The notes below the pieces were generated by a model, which was not told the DNA's origin, searched no databases, and saw nothing but the letters and a program-made list of their open reading frames with translations. A program made the translations under genes and the position numbers. From contig BTWA01000026.1 of the NCBI GenBank assembly GCA_045863295.1, positions 25,197-89,196 on the forward strand: a stretch of 64,000 nucleotides of DNA, read 5' to 3'. This document shows, one piece after another, positions 57,907 through 64,000 of this stretch (position 1 is the stretch's first letter; each line of letters starts with the position of its first letter). Source of the DNA: Candidatus Hydrogenedentota bacterium. Its GTDB lineage: Bacteria > Hydrogenedentota > Hydrogenedentia > Hydrogenedentales > SLHB01.

Positions 57907-59177
57907 TACCCAAACGTATTTCATATCTGGCAATCGTCCTGGCGCTGATGCCCGTCGCGGGCTTCGCGGCGGAAATGCGGTTTCCACCGCCGGATTTCCA
58001 AACGGGATATACGCTGCCGGACTTGTACACCCCGCCCTCGGCCAGCAGCAACGGCGTGAAGGATGCCATCATTCTATTTGCGGCGCTGTCCATCACGACT
58101 TGGCTCGTGTTCAAGGCTCGTTCGCGCCGCGGCCTGTTTCTGATGAGCATTTTCTCCCTCGGTTACTTCGGGTTCTACCGGACCGGATGTATTTGCCCCG
58201 TGGGCTCCACGCAAAACGTGATGGCGGCGGTCCTGGTCCCGGATGTGGGCGTGTCCGTAGCGGTGCTCTCGTTTTTCGTCCTGCCGTTGCTATTCTCCCT
58301 GTTCTTTGGCCGTGTGTTTTGCGCCTCGGTGTGCCCCCTCGGCGCCATGCAGGAACTGGTCGCCATTGCGCCCATCCGCATATCGCCCGCGCTCGACCGC
58401 ACACTCGGCCTGGGACGCTACCTGTATTTGGGACTAGCTGTCCTCGGTGTCGCCACCGGGGCAGGTTTCTTCATTTGCCGATGGGATCCCTTCGTCGGAA
58501 TCTACCGCCTCGGGCACAGCTACGGCATGTTGATGGCGGGTGCGGTCATACTCGTGCTGGGTGTCTTCGTCGCACGGCCGTATTGCCGATTCCTCTGCCC
58601 CTACGGCATTCTGCTGGGATGGATGTCTCGCTTTTCCAAATGGCACTTGGATATTCCGCCGTCCCCGTGCGTGAACTGCCGGCTGTGCGAAAACTCCTGT
58701 CCGTACAACGCTATTGACATGCCGACCCCCAAGCACCTCGTGGACGATCCGGTCGTGGGCAAACGCCGAATACGCATGTATGTATTTGCTTCGCCATTGA
58801 TCATCGCCATCGGCGCGGCGGCCGGTTTCATGATGCACGAGCCCTTGGCGCGGCTACACCCAACCGTCGCGTTGAGCGAACGTATCGCGTTGGAAGATTC
58901 CGGCGCAATCCAGGGCGACATTCTGGAAAGCAGAACCTTTCGAGCTGCGCAAAAAACAACCGATGACCTCCATGCCGAAGCCATGGGTATTCGCGAACAG
59001 TTCAAGACGGGCGGCGCATGGCTGGGTGGGTTCATGGCCTTGATCATTTGCCTGAAGTTGATTAGCCTGTCCACTGTTCCGAAGCGGGAAATCTATACCC
59101 CTCACAAGGAAACCTGCTTCAGTTGTGGAAGATGTTACCCGTATTGCCCCGTTGAACCGACCCCCAAGCGAGCGTGA
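57903..59177 (+). CDS. Membrane polyferredoxin (NapH/MauN/CcoG-like 4Fe-4S binding protein)
   Basis: Multiple TMs; GRVFCASVCPLG, RPYCRFLCPYG, CVNCRLCENSCP, CFSCGRCYPYCP; GTGA overlap. Confidence 0.9.
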   Translation: MIPKRISYLAIVLALMPVAGFAAEMRFPPPDFQTGYTLPDLYTPPSASSNGVKDAIILFAALSITTWLVFKARSRRGLFLMSIFSLGYFGFYRTGCICPVGSTQNVMAAVLVPDVGVSVAVLSFFVLPLLFSLFFGRVFCASVCPLGAMQELVAIAPIRISPALDRTLGLGRYLYLGLAVLGVATGAGFFICRWDPFVGIYRLGHSYGMLMAGAVILVLGVFVARPYCRFLCPYGILLGWMSRFSKWHLDIPPSPCVNCRLCENSCPYNAIDMPTPKHLVDDPVVGKRRIRMYVFASPLIIAIGAAAGFMMHEPLARLHPTVALSERIALEDSGAIQGDILESRTFRAAQKTTDDLHAEAMGIREQFKTGGAWLGGFMALIICLKLISLSTVPKREIYTPHKETCFSCGRCYPYCPVEPTPKRA

Positions 59178-59180
59178 GTC

Positions 59181-60950
59181 GTGCTGGAAAAACGCGAATT
59201 TGAAACCAATGACTTTCTGTGGAGACTGTCGTCCGCAGTGGCGGTCGTCTCGGGGTTTTTCTCACTCCTGGTATTCCTCCTCCTGGTGATTAACTACCTG
59301 CAAATTCGGGCGGCCGACCCGGTCAATCACGAATTAATTACGAAAATGCGCCAGGAGTATGCGGTCAAACCCGAAAAGGACGAAGCGCTGGCGCAACGAA
59401 TTCGCGACTTGGATTTGTTGAATCGAAAGGCCTTTTTTACGACGCAATACCACCTGCGCACAGGCGGCATCCTGCTGCTGGTCGGCGTGTCGGTATTCAT
59501 GATTTCCTTCAAATACTCCATTCGCTGGCAACGCGAGAAACCCGAGTTGGAGGAAGTCCCCACGGCCGAACAGGAGTTCCTGGCATTTGCACAGTCTCGC
59601 CAACTCATTGTTTGGGCTGGAGTGGGTGTGTTGGCCGTCGGGCTCGGTGCGGCACTCTTTACGGAAAGTGCGCTTGTGAACGAGAGCCGGATGGTCGCGT
59701 CTGCCGATGACGGCGGTGGGAATGGCTCGGAAAGTGCAGAGGCCATACCCAAGCAGGAGTTTGTCGCGCCCACATGGGAAGACATCCAAAAAAACTGGCC
59801 AAGCTTCCGCGGACCCGGCTCAAATGGCAGGGCTCATTTCGCAAACGCCCCGGCCAACTGGGACGTGCAAGCAGGCACCGGTGTGCGCTGGAAAGCCGAG
59901 GTGCCGCTCCATGGGCCCAATTCCCCCGTCGTGTGGGATAAAAAAATCTTCATGAGTGGCGCCGATGAAAAACGCCGCGAAATCTACTGCTTCGATGCGG
60001 ACAGCGGCAACCTGATATGGACAAAGGCCGTCGAAGGCATTAAGGGAGCCCCAACAACCGTGCCGAAGGTCACCGAGGAAACCGGGTTTGCCGCCCCCTC
60101 CATGGTCGCGCACGGAAACCAGGTCAGCGCAATCTTCGCCGACGGCAATCTGGTTACGCTCGACCTGGACGGCAACGTCTTATGGTCCAAGAATCTGGGG
60201 ACCCCGCAAAACCACTACGGGCATTCCTCGTCGCTCCTTGCGTACGACAAACTATTGTATGTCCAGTTGGATCAAAGCAAAGATCCGAAATTGATGGCTT
60301 TGGATATGGCGACGGGCAATCAGGTCTGGGTGGCAAACCGCCAAACCATTTCGTGGGCCTCGCCCATCGTCGTGGACACGGACTTTGGAAAGCAACTCAT
60401 CCTGAATTCAGAAACGACCGTGGACTCCTATGACCCGCTGGCAGGCACCATGCTGTGGACCCAGGAATGCCTGAGTGGCGAAGTCGCCCCCTCACCCACG
60501 TACAGCAACGGCGTGGTCTTCTCGGCCCAGGAATACGCTACCGCCGCAGCCATTCAGTTGGCCAAGAATGATGAAACCATTACACCGGAAATTGCGTGGG
60601 AGTTTGATGAACTCCTGCCGGAAGTCTCCAGTCCAGTGGGAGATGGCGAACGGTTCTACTTCGGCACTAGTACCGGAACGTTTGTGTGCCTGGATGCCAA
60701 ATCCGGCGAAATGCTCTGGGAGCACGAAGCACACGACGGATTCTACTCGTCGCCTGTTGTCGTCGGAGACAAGATTTACGTTCTCGACAACTCCGGTGCG
60801 ATGTACATTCTACAGGCCGGACCGGAATTGAACGTGGTGGCAACCCTCAGTATGGGTGAACCCACCTTCGCCACTCCGGCCTTTTTGGATGGCCGTATCT
60901 ACATTCGCGCGGAAAAAACCCTTTACTGCATCGAGCAACCCAATGCCTGA
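59181..60950 (+). CDS. 3-TM N-terminus + PQQ-like beta-propeller
   Basis: NWPSFRGPG, NHYGHSSS, SWASP, ATPAF.DGRIYIR. Confidence 0.88.
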   Translation: MLEKREFETNDFLWRLSSAVAVVSGFFSLLVFLLLVINYLQIRAADPVNHELITKMRQEYAVKPEKDEALAQRIRDLDLLNRKAFFTTQYHLRTGGILLLVGVSVFMISFKYSIRWQREKPELEEVPTAEQEFLAFAQSRQLIVWAGVGVLAVGLGAALFTESALVNESRMVASADDGGGNGSESAEAIPKQEFVAPTWEDIQKNWPSFRGPGSNGRAHFANAPANWDVQAGTGVRWKAEVPLHGPNSPVVWDKKIFMSGADEKRREIYCFDADSGNLIWTKAVEGIKGAPTTVPKVTEETGFAAPSMVAHGNQVSAIFADGNLVTLDLDGNVLWSKNLGTPQNHYGHSSSLLAYDKLLYVQLDQSKDPKLMALDMATGNQVWVANRQTISWASPIVVDTDFGKQLILNSETTVDSYDPLAGTMLWTQECLSGEVAPSPTYSNGVVFSAQEYATAAAIQLAKNDETITPEIAWEFDELLPEVSSPVGDGERFYFGTSTGTFVCLDAKSGEMLWEHEAHDGFYSSPVVVGDKIYVLDNSGAMYILQAGPELNVVATLSMGEPTFATPAFLDGRIYIRAEKTLYCIEQPNA

Positions 60951-63423
60951 GACGCACACCATAGCGGCAGAAGTAGACCTTCGCGAAATTGACGCCATTA
61001 TCGAGCGCGAAGGAAAGGGTCCCGAAGCCGTCATTCCCATATTGCAGGCGATTCAAAGCCGATACCGCTATCTGCCCACCCCTGCTTTGGAAAGAGTATG
61101 CGAACAGACGCAAATTACACCGGCCAGCATTGAAGGGGTTGCAACGTTCTACTCGCAATTCCGGCGCGATCCCGTCGGCAAGCACGTCATCAGCCTGTGC
61201 GATGGAACCGCCTGCCATGTGAAAGGCTCTGAAGACGTTTGCGACGCAATCCGGTTGCATGTCGGGATGGAAGAAGGTCAGGATACGGATCCCGACGGGC
61301 AATACACGATTCGAAAAGTGGCCTGTCTGGGCTGTTGCTCACTTGCGCCCGCAATGCAGATTGACGGCGTGACCTACGCGCATTTAGGGGCCGAGTCGGT
61401 CGGAAGTGTGTTGCTGGACTTCTCCAAGAGGCAAAAATCCATTGCCAAACAAAACGGCCACAAGACGCGCAAGATCAAGGAGAACGGCACGGAAATCCGC
61501 GTCGGCCTGGATTCGTGTTGCGTGGCAAGCGGTACAGACCGAATTGAACTCGCCATTCAAAAGGCCCTGGCCGATCTGGAATCTGACGTTCCAGTAAAGC
61601 ACGTGAGTTGCGTGCATATGTGTCATCAGGTGCCGGTAATTGAAATCATTGAAGCGAACAAGCCCCCCACGCTCTACACAAAAGTGAGCGAGGACGACGT
61701 GCCTGCCATTGTCGCGCGGCATTTCAAAGCGCGAAACCCAATTCGCCAACTGACGGCGTCGCTGCTGCGCTGGACAGATAATCTGTACGGTGACGTGGAC
61801 AAAAACGAAGTCATCGAAACTCACGAGGCCGATGTCCGCGACGGCCCCGTATCGCAGTTCCTGGGAAAGCAGCTACACATCGCCACGGAGCACCGCGGCG
61901 ATCTGAATCCGGCGGACCTCGGCGAGTATTTGCGCCGGGGCGGTTTCATGGCCGTCGAAAAATGCCTCTTCGGCAAGGCCAGCGGCCGTACCCTGATGAA
62001 CCGGCACCGAGGCGTGGCGCCGGGTGAAGCCGACACAAGCAACGCGTGGACGCCCCAACAGATTATCGACGAGATCCTTGCGAGCGGCCTGCGCGGCCGC
62101 GGCGGCGCAGGATTTCCGACCGGAAAAAAATTGCAGTTCGTGCACGATGCCCCGGGGTCGAAAAAGTACATCATCTGCAACGGAGACGAAGGCGATCCCG
62201 GCGCGTTCATGGATCGCATGATCCTGGAATCGTATTCATTCCGTGTGCTTGAGGGCATGATCATTGCCGCATTGGCCGTGGGCGCGGATGAGGGCTACCT
62301 CTATATCCGCGCGGAGTACCCGCTCGCTACTCGCAGAATTCGCCAATCAATAAAAGAATGCGAAGACGCGGGAATCCTCGGCGCCAACATGTTCGGCAGC
62401 GGAAAATCACTTCACCTGCACGTCAAGGAAGGCGCGGGGGCATTTGTATGCGGCGAGGAAACGGCCCTCATAGCCTCACTGGAAGGCAAGCGCGGCATGC
62501 CGACTATACGCCCGCCCTACCCCGCACAGTGCGGCCTCTACGGCTGCCCCACGCTCATCAACAACGTAGAAACGCTGTCGATGATCTCGTGGATCATCCG
62601 CAACGGCGCCGCAAAGTTCTCCGCCCTGGGTACGGATCGCAGCAAGGGAACCAAGGTCTTCTCGCTCGCCGGAAAGATCCGCCATGGCGGACTGATCGAA
62701 GTACCCATGGGCATCACCATTAACGAAATCGTCAACGATATTGGCGGCGGCATCGCGAATGGAAAGGACTTCAAGGCCATTTTGGTCGGCGGTCCATCCG
62801 GGGGCTGCATTCCAGCATCCATGGGCGACACCCCTGTGGACTACGAAGCCTTGGCCCAGGCCGGCGCTATGATGGGTTCTGGCGGCATGGTGGTGTTGGA
62901 CGATTCGGATTGCATCGTGGAAATGTGCCGGTACTTCCTGTCCTTCACGCAAGACGAGTCCTGTGGCAAGTGCGCACCCTGCCGCATTGGCACAATGCGC
63001 CTGAAAGAAATGCTGACCCGCCTCACGCAAGGCAAGGGCCAGATGAGCGACCTGGAACTGCTGGATCAGTTGAGCCACGTGGTGAAAGATCAAAGCCTTT
63101 GCGGCCTGGGCAAAACGGCCCCGAATCCGGTCCTGACGGCATTAAAATACTTTCGTGAGGAATTCGAAGCGCACGTCAAGGGTTTCTGTCCTGCCGGCAA
63201 ATGCAAACCCCTAATCGACTACTGGATTATCGATACATGCATCGGCTGCACGAAGTGCGCCCAAGTTTGCCCCGTTGATTGCATAGACAGCGAGCCGTTC
63301 AAACTGCACTTTATCCAACTCGATACGTGCACGCGATGCGACGCGTGCCTCGTCGCCTGTCCCGTTGATGCCATCAAAGCAGGTTCACGCACAAAAGAGG
63401 AAAAAGAGCTTTGCCAACGATAG
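60943..63423 (+). CDS. Fused NuoE-like + thioredoxin-like + NuoF-like + 2x[4Fe-4S] NAD(H)-dependent flavoprotein subunit (HydC/HydB-like)
   Basis: CDGTACH…CLGCCSLAP; GLRGRGGAGFPTG; CNGDEGDPGAFMDR; GAGAFVCGEET; GGPSG; ESCGKCAPCR…SLCGLG; CIGCTKCAQVCP, CTRCDACLVACP; ATG 60943 overlaps the upstream stop. Confidence 0.92.
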   Translation: MPETHTIAAEVDLREIDAIIEREGKGPEAVIPILQAIQSRYRYLPTPALERVCEQTQITPASIEGVATFYSQFRRDPVGKHVISLCDGTACHVKGSEDVCDAIRLHVGMEEGQDTDPDGQYTIRKVACLGCCSLAPAMQIDGVTYAHLGAESVGSVLLDFSKRQKSIAKQNGHKTRKIKENGTEIRVGLDSCCVASGTDRIELAIQKALADLESDVPVKHVSCVHMCHQVPVIEIIEANKPPTLYTKVSEDDVPAIVARHFKARNPIRQLTASLLRWTDNLYGDVDKNEVIETHEADVRDGPVSQFLGKQLHIATEHRGDLNPADLGEYLRRGGFMAVEKCLFGKASGRTLMNRHRGVAPGEADTSNAWTPQQIIDEILASGLRGRGGAGFPTGKKLQFVHDAPGSKKYIICNGDEGDPGAFMDRMILESYSFRVLEGMIIAALAVGADEGYLYIRAEYPLATRRIRQSIKECEDAGILGANMFGSGKSLHLHVKEGAGAFVCGEETALIASLEGKRGMPTIRPPYPAQCGLYGCPTLINNVETLSMISWIIRNGAAKFSALGTDRSKGTKVFSLAGKIRHGGLIEVPMGITINEIVNDIGGGIANGKDFKAILVGGPSGGCIPASMGDTPVDYEALAQAGAMMGSGGMVVLDDSDCIVEMCRYFLSFTQDESCGKCAPCRIGTMRLKEMLTRLTQGKGQMSDLELLDQLSHVVKDQSLCGLGKTAPNPVLTALKYFREEFEAHVKGFCPAGKCKPLIDYWIIDTCIGCTKCAQVCPVDCIDSEPFKLHFIQLDTCTRCDACLVACPVDAIKAGSRTKEEKELCQR

Positions 63424-64000
63424 TCATCAATAATCGCCCAGTGGAAGTGGAGGCAGGCACCACCATCCTGCAGGCAGCACGCTCCATCGGTATCGAAGTG
63501 CCGACGCTGTGCTACTGGGAAGGCGTGCGGCCGATGAATTCGTGCATGCTGTGCGTCGTGCGAAATACAAAAACCGGACAACTGCTCCCCTCGTGCTCGT
63601 CCGTCGTGCAGGACGGCATGACGGTCGAGACGGACAGCGGCGATGTCTGCACCGCCCGGCGCGACGTGCTTGAACTCATTATCAGCGAACATATCGGCGA
63701 CTGCGAAGCGCCTTGCACGCATACGTGTCCAGCTTCAATGAATATTCCAGTCATGATGCGGCAAATATACGAGGACGACTTTGACGGCGCGGCATTCACC
63801 GTAACGAATGGACTCGTCTTTCCCGAAACGCTGGGATACGTCTGCCCCGCCCCGTGCGAAAGTCCGTGCAGGCGCAAGTCGTACGACGTAACCATGGAAA
63901 TCCGCTACCTGCATCGAAATGTGGCCGTAAAGGCGAGACAGGACAATCCGGAACTGCTCGAGTGTCCAGACGATTCCGGCTTCAAAGTGGCGGTCGTCGG
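63411..64000 (+). CDS. Partial (runs off window): 2Fe-2S + Fer4_20 + GltD-like FAD/NAD(P)H oxidoreductase subunit
   Basis: Hand translation from TTG 63411: MPTIVINNRPVEVEAGTTILQAA…PTLC…SCMLCVV…LPSC…EHIGDCEAPCTHTCP…VCPAPCESPCRR…SGFKVAVV; absent from the ORF track. Confidence 0.88.
   Translation, partial: MPTIVINNRPVEVEAGTTILQAARSIGIEVPTLCYWEGVRPMNSCMLCVVRNTKTGQLLPSCSSVVQDGMTVETDSGDVCTARRDVLELIISEHIGDCEAPCTHTCPASMNIPVMMRQIYEDDFDGAAFTVTNGLVFPETLGYVCPAPCESPCRRKSYDVTMEIRYLHRNVAVKARQDNPELLECPDDSGFKVAVV

Noticed and set aside
60943..63423. Respiratory complex I nuoEF
   Set aside because: Extra thioredoxin-like and ferredoxin domains, a GltD-like neighbour, and no other nuo genes
1..64000. CRISPR array, rRNA, phage structural genes or intact integrase
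   Set aside because: No regularly spaced repeats or matching motifs seen by eye

Overview
GC-rich bacterial DNA. The many PQQ-like propellers, Tat-exported Gfo/Idh/MocA and glycan enzymes suggest a PVC- or Hydrogenedentes-like organism (inference only). Three zones: (1) 1-15.5 kb is an accessory block ending at a 3'-half tRNA-Met(CAT) att-like remnant. It carries a sigma54-type AAA+ regulator, a DUF4062-NACHT-WD40 (NLR/TEP1-like) protein, three adjacent ryanodine-receptor-repeat (RyR) genes (channel-like TM + TrkA_N + RyR, stand-alone RyR, PfkB-like + P-loop ATPase + RyR), a convergent SLOG-tandem-SLATT gene and a decayed IS200 tnpA. This is the best candidate for an undescribed nucleotide-signalling/membrane-effector conflict (anti-phage) system. 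(2) 15.6-21.4 kb is a second, integrase-less segment bounded by another copy of the same tRNA half, with two carbohydrate-active genes and gene relics. It is followed by ordinary metabolic and signalling genes to about 40 kb. (3) 40.6-64 kb holds seven PQQ-like beta-propeller genes, an ABC exporter, a GT4 glycosyltransferase, a Tat ferredoxin, a membrane polyferredoxin and a fused NuoE/NuoF plus 2Fe-2S/GltD pair resembling bifurcating transhydrogenases. No CRISPR array, rRNA or intact tRNA was seen. All family calls come from motif recognition by eye, without database searches.
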